Of a DNA stretch of 64,000 nucleotides, positions 39,256-49,806 are shown one piece after another. Position 1 is the first letter of the stretch. Each line of letters starts with the position of its first letter. A program made the translations under genes and the position numbers. The notes beneath the pieces were generated by a model. That model searched no databases, had not been told where the DNA came from, and saw only the letters and a list, made by a program, of their open reading frames with translations. The stretch is from Clostridia bacterium (GTDB lineage Bacteria > Bacillota > Clostridia > Christensenellales > UBA1242), in NCBI GenBank assembly GCA_900767835.1, contig CAAGAO010000018.1, positions 125-64,124 of the forward strand, given 5' to 3'.

Positions 39256-42200
39256 ATGAAAAAAAGATATAGCATAGGGATATTATTATTAATATTATGT
39301 ATAGGAGCGATATTTTCGGGTTGTGGACCTGATTATAGTTCTCTTTCGCTTTCTTTAAAAGACTCCGAAAGAATCGAATTGTCTGTAACGGACGAAAAAG
39401 TCGACTACTATTTAACAATAAACAATTATTTTAAATTCAATGCAAGTTTCAGTTTTGACTTCGCAAATAGAATAGCAAAAATAGTTGGTGATGTAGAAAA
39501 TAAAGGTGATGGTGTATACAAATTCTCGATAGCACCAATAATGGCAGGCAATACAACCTTAACTATAAACTTAAAAGGTTTAAACAAACCTTTAAATGTG
39601 CCTGTTATAATAAGAAAAGATGTTGAGAGTATAAGTGCATTAACAAATGTTTTTGTTAAAAAAGGGCAAAGTTTAACATTAAATAATTCATATTTTACTT
39701 TTACTCCAGCAGATACAACCGAAAAAGGTTTAACTTATAGTTTATTAGAATCTGAAGATGTAAACTATGCAGAAAATGGAGTAACTTTCAATACCGAAAC
39801 AAATACTTTAATCGTTGCAAATGAATGTACCCTACAAACAATTACGTTGCAAGCAACTAGCACATTTGATGTGAACATTAAAACCAACATAATTATAAAA
39901 GTTGTTCAAGAAATTGATGGCGAAACATTAGATATAAAAATTGCATCACAAGATAAAAATAGTGACAATCCAAATATCTTTGGTGATTATACTGACCTAA
40001 CAATAGAGCAACAAGAGCCATATGCTTTAATTGAATTAATAAAAAGTGACGAATACAGTTATCAAAAAAAGATAAGTATTGATTATAGATGGTTTAATGC
40101 GGGCTATACCATTGAAGTAAAAGCATCAAAAATATTAACATTGGGTGGAGATAATGTTCAGACTATAACTTTGAATAGAAAATCTGATTTCATTTTATCT
40201 GCAAATGATGTAGGAAATGGTAGATTAACGATTAAAATTTATCAAACAGATTTGCCAGAAAACTATAAAGAGTACTATATTGATGTTAAAGTTACTTGCA
40301 AACCTAAAAATATAACAATTAATGGGCAACTAGATATAGGTCTACAAGAACTATACACAAATAGTAGTGAAGTAAAAGAATATAAGTTTGGAGTTTCTCC
40401 AGAAAAAGCAAACAAAGAAGACTACACATATAAAATAGGCTTTTATAAGAGTATAACAGAAAATATTTCAGGTGTGTTTGCTGATGATTTTGTTAAATTG
40501 GAATCAGCACCAAGCGAGTATATTGATGTTAAATATGGTGGTGCGGAAATTACAAGCGAGGACTTAGGTACACTTGAATCAAGTTTAACAGTCAAAGCGA
40601 TAGCATCAACTGACAACTATCAATTAGCAATTAAAATAGTGTGTTATGATAATGATGAAGCAATATGTGAACAAATAATTAGAATTAAAGTATATGTTGG
40701 AACAACTGAATTTAGAATTAAAGACATATATGAAGATGGTACAATATATATGGCTTTATCAGATGGAAAACAGATATTTTATGGAATAGAATATAGCGAA
40801 GGCTCAACACCAGGTAAATTAACCATAAATAGTACCGATATTTCAAAAAATGACATATGCGAAATAACTCAAGTAAGTACAGCAACTGCAAATTTGGAAA
40901 TTACTCCAAAAGCAACAGGAACACAAGAATTTGTTATTGTAACAGCAAATAAACTTTCAGTTGTATTAAAAGTTGTGGTGTTCCGTGAAATATTAGAAGA
41001 TGATTTCATAATGCAAATTGCTGACTCAGCAAATGACTATGTCGCATCTTTTGAACCGGAAGATACAAATTCAACTCTTAAAAAATTAACGATTAAAGGT
41101 TTAAACTCAAGCATAAAATTAACAGACAAAATCAAAAGTGAATATTCAGACTATAACAACTATTCTTATTCATATACCTTAAGTTTAAATGATAAAGGTA
41201 AAGAGTATTTTGAAATTAATAATAATTCAATTATAACTTCTTTAAAATTTACAAAAGAATTAGATGTAAATACTAATAAATATACCGAATTTAGAGTTCC
41301 ATTATCTGTAAATTTGGTAATAAATACTGTAGATAAAAGTCAAAGCGGTTACACTTTTATGCTAAAAAAAGTGGATATTTTAAAAGATTTTGAAATAAGT
41401 CTTTCTTGCGTAAACTATTATAAACAATTAACGCTTTATGCAAGTAAAGAAGTAAACGGCAATCAAAAAACCAGAATTTCTAGCATATATAACAAAGGCG
41501 ATTTGTCATATATTAATCAAAACTTGGCAAATGTATATTTGTTTATTGATTTAGTTCAAAGCGAAGTTGACCAATATTCTTTATTAAAAATCACCGATTT
41601 TGAATTTAAATCAGGTGTTGAAAAATTTAAGTTGGTTGGCGAAAATACTGTCAAAGTAGGAGATGTAGGATATTTCTATCCAAGTTCTGAAGTTGTTGAC
41701 GGGTATTTTGCCACAGGTGAAAACGGCTACATTGGTAGTTTTACATATGATTATGATAGTTTGCGTACCTTAGATAGTATCAGTATTACTTTAAAAATTG
41801 TTGACCCAAATACAAACAAAGAATTTAGTTCAGATGTGCAATTAAACATAGAGAAATATGTAGATGTTGAAAGTATTTGGCTTTCAACTCCAGATGATAC
41901 AATTTATTTAGACAATACTCAAACATATTATCAAAAAACAATCAAAATTCAAGTTGTACCAGCCAATGCAATGTGTAAAGATTTAGATGTTAAAGTTGAA
42001 ACAAATGATACAAATTGCTTAGGTGTAGATATAAAAGAAGATTCAATAACATTTACATTCCAAAGTAGTGGTAGCGGAAGAATACTAATATTCCCAATAT
42101 CAAAAATGAAAACAAATTCATATCAAGATGAATTTGGTGAGTATTATTATCATTTAACATTAGATTTCGTGTGTGCTGATGGTAGAACAGAACAAACTGC

Positions 42201-45200
42201 AAGGAAAATTTCTTCACTTAAAGATTTAAAATCAATAGAGCCAACCAAACATTACTATATAGATAGTACAATAAATTGCCAAGGGGAAGAATTAGACTTA
42301 CAATATTTAACATCAGGTTCAATTCGTGGAACTTTCTTGTATGAAACCAATGAAGATGGAACATATAACACTGATTTTGATAATGCACAACAAATTGGAA
42401 GTATTATTAATTTTAAAATAAATAATAATGGCGATAACAATTTTGGTATATTTAGAAAAATAAGTGCAGAAGCAAAAGTATATAACTTGAGTTTAAATGG
42501 CTTCTTTAATGAAAATATAGAATTAAACACTTCAGCAAACATAGGCATTCTTTGTGGAATAAATGAAGGCACTATTAAAAATGTGACAATAACCATAAGC
42601 CAAAGCAATTCAGTTACAATATCAAATGTTGGTACGGAATCAACAATTACAGTCAATTTTGGTCTAGTTGCAGGTGTTAACACAAATAAAATTATTGTTG
42701 ATAAAAATAGCAAAAACTATACATTACTTGCGAACAATACGAAAGAAAATCTGTTATCAATTAATTTTGTAAGTGAAAATGATTCACAAATCACATCATA
42801 CTTTGGAGCAATTGCTGGTAATAATAGTGGAGAAATTAAACAAGAATTGCCAGAAACATTTATTACAATAGGTTTATATGGTGTTACAACTAATGTTTAT
42901 GTAAATTCTAATGCAAACTATATTTCGGGTGCCGTTGGTTATAATACGGGCAATGTTACTGGACTTAAAATATATGGTGAAATTAAAGGCTTTATAACAA
43001 AAGATGACCAAGCAGAAAGCACATCAAAATTTGTTGCAGGTGTTATAGGTTATGCGAATGGTGGCAATGTTTCAAACAACATTTCAAGAATGTTTGTAAG
43101 AGGCAAACAAACAGTATCAGGTTTCGTTGGAGAAATTGGTAAAACAAATGTACCAACCTTTGCAAATAATAAAGTACAAGCAATAGATGATGGAACAAGA
43201 CAAGGTATTGACGCAACACTTATATTGGCATATGGAGATTCATCTAGTGATAGAGCAAAAGTGGTTGCAAGTAATATTGTTGAAACAACAATAGAAACCT
43301 ACTTTGACCGTATGTTGCCAGTAGATTTAGTTGCAAAACTTACTGGATATGATTACTCAAACGGTTTAAATATAGACCTTGCAAATAGTGGTATAACATA
43401 TCAAATAGTTGATTCTTTAAATAAAGATTACTATTATGGTGAAATGATTGTTTTGGATAAAGATAATCAATCAATAATAAAATTAGACTATAAAAAAGCG
43501 TTTACAAGAGGTGAAGAAGATAAGTTTGTAACAGATTCATTAATTACAAACTTCATACTTTCTGCGTATATGCAGGCGGAAGATGAAAATAATCAAACAT
43601 ATATTCAAAATATATTAGATACAAAATCATTATTAGGATATGCAAACATAATAACCACAGATTCAAAAATAAAAGAATTTAACATAGAGATTCTCTCACC
43701 TTTAAGTGCAAGACTTGAAAATTTTGGTAAAAATGTTGTTATATTAAATATAGGAAACTTTAGCATTGTAATCAGTAGTAGTTTGAATTATAAGAACAAA
43801 GTTAATTTAAGTATGTACATTACTAACTACTATGATGATGTAAAAATGTATTCAGACAAAGCGTTAACAAGAGAAATTACCGAAATTGAATTAATTAATA
43901 AAAAGACAACAATAGTATATTTTAGTTTGTATTCAAATATGTACAATTATAAAAATACACCAATCAAACTAAAACGAAATACTGAAGTTACTTTTGATAT
44001 AGAAGTACAAAATACAAACTTAAGTGCCGAAATACAAAACCAAACAGCATATGTTAAAACAATAGGTACAGACATTAATACGTTTACTTCAACATTAGTA
44101 GTTACTACAAAATATATTCTAGACAATAATACATATTTTAAAAATCCAGATAGATTTGTAAATTATGCAAATAATTACAAAATTTATGCATTTGTAAGTA
44201 CAAATGAGTCGTTAGACAAAAAGAGTTATAATGTAATTGCTCTAACTGGTATAGAAGATATTAAACTAAGCAAGTCAATTATTGAAGCCGAGCCAAGTGA
44301 TAGTATTGAAGTTGATGTTACATACATAACATATAACTCTCAAGATAAAATAATACCAGAACTTAGAATTTACGAAAACCAAATAAATAATAAATATAAA
44401 ATTTATACATACAACGAAGAAACAGGCTTGTTTGTAAATGAATATGATGAAATTTTATTTAAACTAACTTTAGGCGAAGTTGAAACTTTAGCAAATGGTA
44501 GATTAAGTCAAAGTTACATTTTAAAGATGCCAATAGATTCGGACTTTAATTTAGATGTTTATAATTATTTACTAAATAAAAGAATAGAGTTAATATTTAC
44601 TTCTGTAAATTCAAGCAATGAATCAGCAACTTTAATTCTTCAATACAAGGCAGAAACCATATCATCTGTATTAATTAATAATTACAGTAAAGAAAATAAT
44701 ACAGGTATGGTAGTTACTGAAAATAATGTAAGAAAAGTAATGGTTGACAAAATGTTGTACTCAGGTATGCAAACTGCAACAGGCGAAATAAATGTATTAA
44801 ATGCATACATTTACACCAAACTTAGCGAATTTGAGTATGTTGATGTTACAATGCAATTAGGAACAGAGGGTGGATATTTAGGTTATCTTGAATACTCAGA
44901 AGATGAAGAATCAATAGGAACAGTCTCAACAAAAGCGGTTTACACATCAATAACAAATGGTGCAAACATAAGAATATATAAAGAAGATATAAAGGCAGAT
45001 AAAATAAATAATTATTTAGTTCTTGGGATTATATATAGAATTCCAAAAACAGTGGCTGATGGCACAATTGTCCCAATCACATATACTTTCTACTCACAAA
45101 ACCACACTCCTTTTGTTGAATCAATCAACTTATTGGCAAAATTAGAAAATCAAGTTTCGTTTGAAATTGCAAACAAAGATGCAATTGAAGAGATTGATGA

Positions 45201-48200
45201 TACAAAAATATACAATGTTGCAAGAGGTGTGACTTATCTATTAAATCCAACTATAGTTGGTTTTACTGAAGACGAAGCAGTTTTTGAAACATCAAATGCA
45301 AATATTGCAAAAGTAACAAAAGAAAGAGGAAGTTATTATTTAACTATTTCAGATGCAAATATTAATTATGGAAATAATCAATATTATGAAATTACAATTC
45401 GTTCATATGGACAAAAGACAAATGCTGGTTCAACAATTAATTCAACAATAAAGACAACAAAACTTCACATTTATGAAGTTCTTGTAAATGAAGATGAATT
45501 GTTTGTTGATGATGGAATAGCCATAAAAATGTTAGCAACGGTTGACATAAAGAATATAATTGCAAATAAAATTCAGTATGAGTATGCAAAAATCAACTCA
45601 AAAATTTTACAAGAATTTAAACAATCATTCTTAAATAATACAAATATTTATTTCGAAGATGAAAATGGTGTAAGCCATAAGTTTGTAAGTGGTTTATTAC
45701 TAAAAACAGACGACTACATTTTGGAATGTGTCACAGAAAACAACGAATTAATATGTCATTTTAAAGCATTAAAAATGGGCGATCCTTGTGATTATAGATT
45801 TAAAGTTGAGTATATAGTAGGATATAGTAAAGGCGTTCCTCAAATAGAAAAAATAACTAATACTAGTTCAAACATTTACGAAAAATCCTTTACTGTAAGT
45901 TCATATATATCTACAACAGAAGATAAACCTGCTCCAATCTTTACATATGAAGATATGTTGGATATGAAAGATGGCGAATATTATAAACAGGTAGAAGACA
46001 TCACAATTAAAGCGAGCGAATTAAAAATGCTAACGGTTTCGCCAAAAATGTTTGATGGTAATGGACATAAAATTACAATCACATCAGGTATGGTCAATTT
46101 TGAACTAGATTCAAGTTCAGATTTTGCATTGTTTAAAACCTTAAATGAAGATTGTATAATTAAGAATATTTCATTAGAAATAACAGGTAATTTAAATTTA
46201 ACTTTAAATAACTATATTAATACTTCTGGTGCAAATATTGCATTACTAGTTGCTGAAAATAATGGTATTATAACGAACTGCTCAATAAAATCAACAAACG
46301 CAGTAGTTGTAGATATTATAGGTGTTTTGGCTATTATGGAAAAATCATACCTTGCATCAATAAGCGCTGTTAATACTGGTTATATTACAAATTGCCAAGT
46401 GGAATGTAATATGACAGCAAGTGGTGCTTCACTAGCGGGGGTTGTTGCTGATAATAGAGGCTCTATTTCAAGCACATATATTAAAAATTCAAGAATATAT
46501 AATACAACATCAATCACAAGTGATAATATTTCAACTGGTGGCTTTGTGTGTACAAACTCTGGTAAAATATTTATGTGCTATATAGAAGGTGCAACCACTA
46601 CATCAAGAATTTATTGTGATTATCCAAATGGCGATTATTCTTTAACATCTAAAATTATATACACATCAACAAAAACGGCAGGTTTCGTTTATGAAAATAC
46701 AGGTGAAATATCCGATTGTTATTCAAATATACCAATCGTTTCAACAAATGAAAGCAGTGGCTTTGTTGCAAATGCAAAAGGCGGGAAAATTGTAAGAGTA
46801 TTCTCACTAAGTAAGTTAAAACAACAAGATACATTAAACTTTGGTTTTGTTGCAAACATTGACCAAAATGAAGATGTGTTGTTTGAAGATTGTTTCTTTA
46901 TTATTCAAGAGGGTTTTATAAACTATAACACTTCAACAACAAACTATAAATATAACGAAATAAATAAAACTTATATTTCTGTTATAGATGGAATTGAACC
47001 ATTATCAATTGCAGACTTTAATATTACTATAAAAGACAAAACAACCAACAAATATGTAGTAAGCAATGAAAGATTTAAATCATTCTTGATTGATGAAACA
47101 AATGCTTTACACGGGGTATGGTTCTTTGCTTTTAACGAAGATAAAGAAGATTCATCTGCTTTTGATTTCAGTACATATAATTGTGAAGTTGACGGAATGG
47201 AAGATGCAAATGGCAATTCTATTTCGTTCACTGCAAGAAGATTACAATTAGTTGCTCCAAACTTAAAAGCTTATGCAAAAGAAGATTTTGTTTTAGCCGA
47301 AGGTGGAAGTATTAACGCGGGCGAGTATACCTATGTTCAATCAAAAGATGCAGATGTTAAAGGTAGTAAAACTAACCCATATTTAATATCTACAGCAAAA
47401 GAGTTTGAAGAATATTGTAATCAAATAAAAGGTGCTCGATATGAATATTTTAGGTTAATTTGTGATATAGATTACACAAAAGAAGATATATATGCATCAA
47501 AACTATATGATAAATCATTGGTTGGTTATTTTGATGGGAATGGTTTTAGTATTTCAAACTACTCGGTGAACTCAATTACTTCTAATTTAACCGCAGGACT
47601 ATTTGCTCAAATAGGTGCCAATGCATTGCAAATATCTTGTTTGAAAAATACTACATTTGTTCCAGCATATGTCAACCTACCAAATAGTGTTTATGTCGGT
47701 GGTGTTGCGGGTACGGTTGCAAATGCAGATGTGTACAATGTTTCAATTAATGCAAAAGATGTAATAGTTGTAGGAAGCAATATAGTTGGTGGCTTATTCG
47801 GTAGAACGGCAGGACAAACAAATCTCGCAATGATATATTCAAACATTTCAGCCAAAGCAACGGCATATAATTCAATTGCTTTAAAATCATTCACAGAAAT
47901 AGATACTTTGGTAAAAAATATAACTTTAAATGCTACTGCATCAAACAAATCAGAAGTGTCATATTCAGGTGCAATTATAGGCTATGTTGATGGCTTATCA
48001 AATATAGAACAAATTGAAATTGGCGGAAACGCAAGAGTATTAGGTATGATTTCAGGTCTTATGTTTGGTTGCATTGGTGGATTGGCAAAAGTAAGTGATT
48101 TTAATTTAGAATTAAATTCTTACAATAACCAAATTATCTCATATGCATTTGGTGGATATATTGCTGGCGAAGTTGTCGGTACTGTGTCAAACTTTAGTAT

Positions 48201-49026
48201 AAATTCAAATATAATTAACTATAATTTGTTTAGTACATATCCAATTACTCCAGTAGCAATTGGTGGTGTTGCTGGATTGGCAAACGAAGCAAAAATCAAA
48301 AATATGACATCTAATCAAGGATATGCAATAATAGGTGCAAGAATTGTTGGTGTTGACAATAGTGGATATTTAATGGTCCACAATCCTTATATTGCAAGAT
48401 ATATTGGTGGTATTGCTGGTTATGCTAAAAATATTATATTTGACACCATAAATATTGGAAACGAAGATGATACAAAAATAGGTTTAGCTTTAATGGGTGG
48501 CAACTATGTTGGTGGTGTTGCTGGTTATATTGCTGGTAGTATAAATAGCAAGACTAACAAATTACAATCAGATATCAATCATGTAAAAATAAACCTAATA
48601 GGTCAAAAAGAGTATATAAATGAAAATGAAGAAACAACAACCGACTACTTGTATCTTTCATACATAAGCAGTGCAATAGGTGAGGATATAGAAACTAAAC
48701 CAAGTATGCTACAGTACCTAGGCTTGCTATATGGTGCTACTCCAATAAGTAATAATGGATATTACAACTTAAATAAAGCAGAAGAAAATATTGTTTCAGT
48801 TGGAACAGATTTAAAATTTGTATATGCAGAATATGGTTTAGATTTATCAGAGGGAAAACGAAAAGTAACCTTGAAGAACTTAGCAAATGCCTTTAATATA
48901 TATGGGTTAAAATCAGATACTGAAAATATAACAAAGTGTAAAAATAGGACATATCTACGAGCAATTAACCTAAAAGATAATCAATCTGAAGATTTAACTT
49001 TAAGTGAAATAGAAAATTTTAAGTAG
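39256..49026 (+). CDS. giant surface lipoprotein (3256 aa): Ig-like arrays plus three GLUG-motif beta-helix-like modules
   Basis: A 9,771-nt uninterrupted ORF. GGAGAG RBS. Lipoprotein signal peptide ILLLILCIGAIFSGC (Cys codon 39322-39324). Rungs such as GGVAGTVANADVYNVSINAKDV, GGLFGRTAGQTNLAMIYSNISA and GGIAGYAKNIIFDTINIG. Confidence 0.85.
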   Translation: MKKRYSIGILLLILCIGAIFSGCGPDYSSLSLSLKDSERIELSVTDEKVDYYLTINNYFKFNASFSFDFANRIAKIVGDVENKGDGVYKFSIAPIMAGNTTLTINLKGLNKPLNVPVIIRKDVESISALTNVFVKKGQSLTLNNSYFTFTPADTTEKGLTYSLLESEDVNYAENGVTFNTETNTLIVANECTLQTITLQATSTFDVNIKTNIIIKVVQEIDGETLDIKIASQDKNSDNPNIFGDYTDLTIEQQEPYALIELIKSDEYSYQKKISIDYRWFNAGYTIEVKASKILTLGGDNVQTITLNRKSDFILSANDVGNGRLTIKIYQTDLPENYKEYYIDVKVTCKPKNITINGQLDIGLQELYTNSSEVKEYKFGVSPEKANKEDYTYKIGFYKSITENISGVFADDFVKLESAPSEYIDVKYGGAEITSEDLGTLESSLTVKAIASTDNYQLAIKIVCYDNDEAICEQIIRIKVYVGTTEFRIKDIYEDGTIYMALSDGKQIFYGIEYSEGSTPGKLTINSTDISKNDICEITQVSTATANLEITPKATGTQEFVIVTANKLSVVLKVVVFREILEDDFIMQIADSANDYVASFEPEDTNSTLKKLTIKGLNSSIKLTDKIKSEYSDYNNYSYSYTLSLNDKGKEYFEINNNSIITSLKFTKELDVNTNKYTEFRVPLSVNLVINTVDKSQSGYTFMLKKVDILKDFEISLSCVNYYKQLTLYASKEVNGNQKTRISSIYNKGDLSYINQNLANVYLFIDLVQSEVDQYSLLKITDFEFKSGVEKFKLVGENTVKVGDVGYFYPSSEVVDGYFATGENGYIGSFTYDYDSLRTLDSISITLKIVDPNTNKEFSSDVQLNIEKYVDVESIWLSTPDDTIYLDNTQTYYQKTIKIQVVPANAMCKDLDVKVETNDTNCLGVDIKEDSITFTFQSSGSGRILIFPISKMKTNSYQDEFGEYYYHLTLDFVCADGRTEQTARKISSLKDLKSIEPTKHYYIDSTINCQGEELDLQYLTSGSIRGTFLYETNEDGTYNTDFDNAQQIGSIINFKINNNGDNNFGIFRKISAEAKVYNLSLNGFFNENIELNTSANIGILCGINEGTIKNVTITISQSNSVTISNVGTESTITVNFGLVAGVNTNKIIVDKNSKNYTLLANNTKENLLSINFVSENDSQITSYFGAIAGNNSGEIKQELPETFITIGLYGVTTNVYVNSNANYISGAVGYNTGNVTGLKIYGEIKGFITKDDQAESTSKFVAGVIGYANGGNVSNNISRMFVRGKQTVSGFVGEIGKTNVPTFANNKVQAIDDGTRQGIDATLILAYGDSSSDRAKVVASNIVETTIETYFDRMLPVDLVAKLTGYDYSNGLNIDLANSGITYQIVDSLNKDYYYGEMIVLDKDNQSIIKLDYKKAFTRGEEDKFVTDSLITNFILSAYMQAEDENNQTYIQNILDTKSLLGYANIITTDSKIKEFNIEILSPLSARLENFGKNVVILNIGNFSIVISSSLNYKNKVNLSMYITNYYDDVKMYSDKALTREITEIELINKKTTIVYFSLYSNMYNYKNTPIKLKRNTEVTFDIEVQNTNLSAEIQNQTAYVKTIGTDINTFTSTLVVTTKYILDNNTYFKNPDRFVNYANNYKIYAFVSTNESLDKKSYNVIALTGIEDIKLSKSIIEAEPSDSIEVDVTYITYNSQDKIIPELRIYENQINNKYKIYTYNEETGLFVNEYDEILFKLTLGEVETLANGRLSQSYILKMPIDSDFNLDVYNYLLNKRIELIFTSVNSSNESATLILQYKAETISSVLINNYSKENNTGMVVTENNVRKVMVDKMLYSGMQTATGEINVLNAYIYTKLSEFEYVDVTMQLGTEGGYLGYLEYSEDEESIGTVSTKAVYTSITNGANIRIYKEDIKADKINNYLVLGIIYRIPKTVADGTIVPITYTFYSQNHTPFVESINLLAKLENQVSFEIANKDAIEEIDDTKIYNVARGVTYLLNPTIVGFTEDEAVFETSNANIAKVTKERGSYYLTISDANINYGNNQYYEITIRSYGQKTNAGSTINSTIKTTKLHIYEVLVNEDELFVDDGIAIKMLATVDIKNIIANKIQYEYAKINSKILQEFKQSFLNNTNIYFEDENGVSHKFVSGLLLKTDDYILECVTENNELICHFKALKMGDPCDYRFKVEYIVGYSKGVPQIEKITNTSSNIYEKSFTVSSYISTTEDKPAPIFTYEDMLDMKDGEYYKQVEDITIKASELKMLTVSPKMFDGNGHKITITSGMVNFELDSSSDFALFKTLNEDCIIKNISLEITGNLNLTLNNYINTSGANIALLVAENNGIITNCSIKSTNAVVVDIIGVLAIMEKSYLASISAVNTGYITNCQVECNMTASGASLAGVVADNRGSISSTYIKNSRIYNTTSITSDNISTGGFVCTNSGKIFMCYIEGATTTSRIYCDYPNGDYSLTSKIIYTSTKTAGFVYENTGEISDCYSNIPIVSTNESSGFVANAKGGKIVRVFSLSKLKQQDTLNFGFVANIDQNEDVLFEDCFFIIQEGFINYNTSTTNYKYNEINKTYISVIDGIEPLSIADFNITIKDKTTNKYVVSNERFKSFLIDETNALHGVWFFAFNEDKEDSSAFDFSTYNCEVDGMEDANGNSISFTARRLQLVAPNLKAYAKEDFVLAEGGSINAGEYTYVQSKDADVKGSKTNPYLISTAKEFEEYCNQIKGARYEYFRLICDIDYTKEDIYASKLYDKSLVGYFDGNGFSISNYSVNSITSNLTAGLFAQIGANALQISCLKNTTFVPAYVNLPNSVYVGGVAGTVANADVYNVSINAKDVIVVGSNIVGGLFGRTAGQTNLAMIYSNISAKATAYNSIALKSFTEIDTLVKNITLNATASNKSEVSYSGAIIGYVDGLSNIEQIEIGGNARVLGMISGLMFGCIGGLAKVSDFNLELNSYNNQIISYAFGGYIAGEVVGTVSNFSINSNIINYNLFSTYPITPVAIGGVAGLANEAKIKNMTSNQGYAIIGARIVGVDNSGYLMVHNPYIARYIGGIAGYAKNIIFDTINIGNEDDTKIGLALMGGNYVGGVAGYIAGSINSKTNKLQSDINHVKINLIGQKEYINENEETTTDYLYLSYISSAIGEDIETKPSMLQYLGLLYGATPISNNGYYNLNKAEENIVSVGTDLKFVYAEYGLDLSEGKRKVTLKNLANAFNIYGLKSDTENITKCKNRTYLRAINLKDNQSEDLTLSEIENFK

Positions 49027-49143
49027 TCTTCTTGAGACTTTAAAATGGTAATTGTATAGGCAAGATGCAATATATACGCTATATAACATTATTAGCATTT
49101 TCTTAAGACTTTAAATATTGTGGCTTGTTTAGTTTATGTTTCT

Positions 49144-49190
49144 AAAAAGCGAGGAGAATTTGTGTGTGGGCACAAATTCTCCTCGCTTTT
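49144..49190 (+). terminator. strong rho-independent terminator closing the giant-gene operon
   Basis: Perfect 16-bp stem GCGAGGAGAATTTGTG/CACAAATTCTCCTCGC (49149-49164/49171-49186), 6-nt loop, T4. An A5 run on the 5' side allows bidirectional function. Confidence 0.8.
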
Positions 49191-49354
49191 GTATGTTTTT
49201 ATGCAAAAAGAAGATAATAGAAACATTAAATATTATTATTCATATTTATAAATGAGTTATTGATAATATAAGTTTACAACTATGTTTAGTACGATAAAAT
49301 AAAGTAACTTAAAAGGAAAAAACAACATTTAAAATTGTGTTATTCATATGGCAT

Positions 49355-49409
49355 AAAAAAGAGCAAAAAACAAATAGCAATATGCAAATTGCTTAGTTTT
49401 TTGCTCTTT
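49355..49409 (-). terminator. rho-independent terminator after spoVG (minus strand)
   Basis: AGAGCAAAAAAC/GTTTTTTGCTCT outer stem with an inner AGCAA/TTGCT helix. On the minus strand it is followed by T6 (complement of 49355-49360). Confidence 0.65.
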
Positions 49410-49433
49410 ATATTAAAAATCAATATTTAATAA

Positions 49434-49697
49434 TTACTCTCTTGGAGTTGCTTTATATGCTTCAATAACTTGAGCGGAAATAGCTTCACGAGTTTCAGTG
49501 TTGATTGGGTGAACTATATCTTTAAATTCTCCGTCTGGAGTTTTTTTAGATGGCATAGAAATAAAGTAGCCTTCTTTTCCTTCAATAACTTTAATGTCGT
49601 GTACTACGAAGCAATCATCAATAGTAATAGATGCAACTGCTTTAAGTTTGCTGTCCTCTTTGTCAACAAGTCTAATTCTAATGTCAGAAATTTTCAA
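49434..49697 (-). CDS. spoVG: septation/sporulation regulator SpoVG
   Basis: 87 aa. MKISDIRIRLVDKEDSKLKAVASITIDDCFVVHDIKVIEGKEGYFISMPSKKTPDGEFKDIVHPIN is a near-textbook SpoVG sequence. Confidence 0.92.
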   Translation of the reverse strand: MKISDIRIRLVDKEDSKLKAVASITIDDCFVVHDIKVIEGKEGYFISMPSKKTPDGEFKDIVHPINTETREAISAQVIEAYKATPRE

Positions 49698-49806
49698 GTT
49701 TGTATACCTTCCTTTTTAATTATTGCTATATTTTCAAGCAATGTTATTTTAGCATATATGAAAAAAATTTCAAAACAATTTACAAAATTTTTTCATATAT
49801 ATTGAT

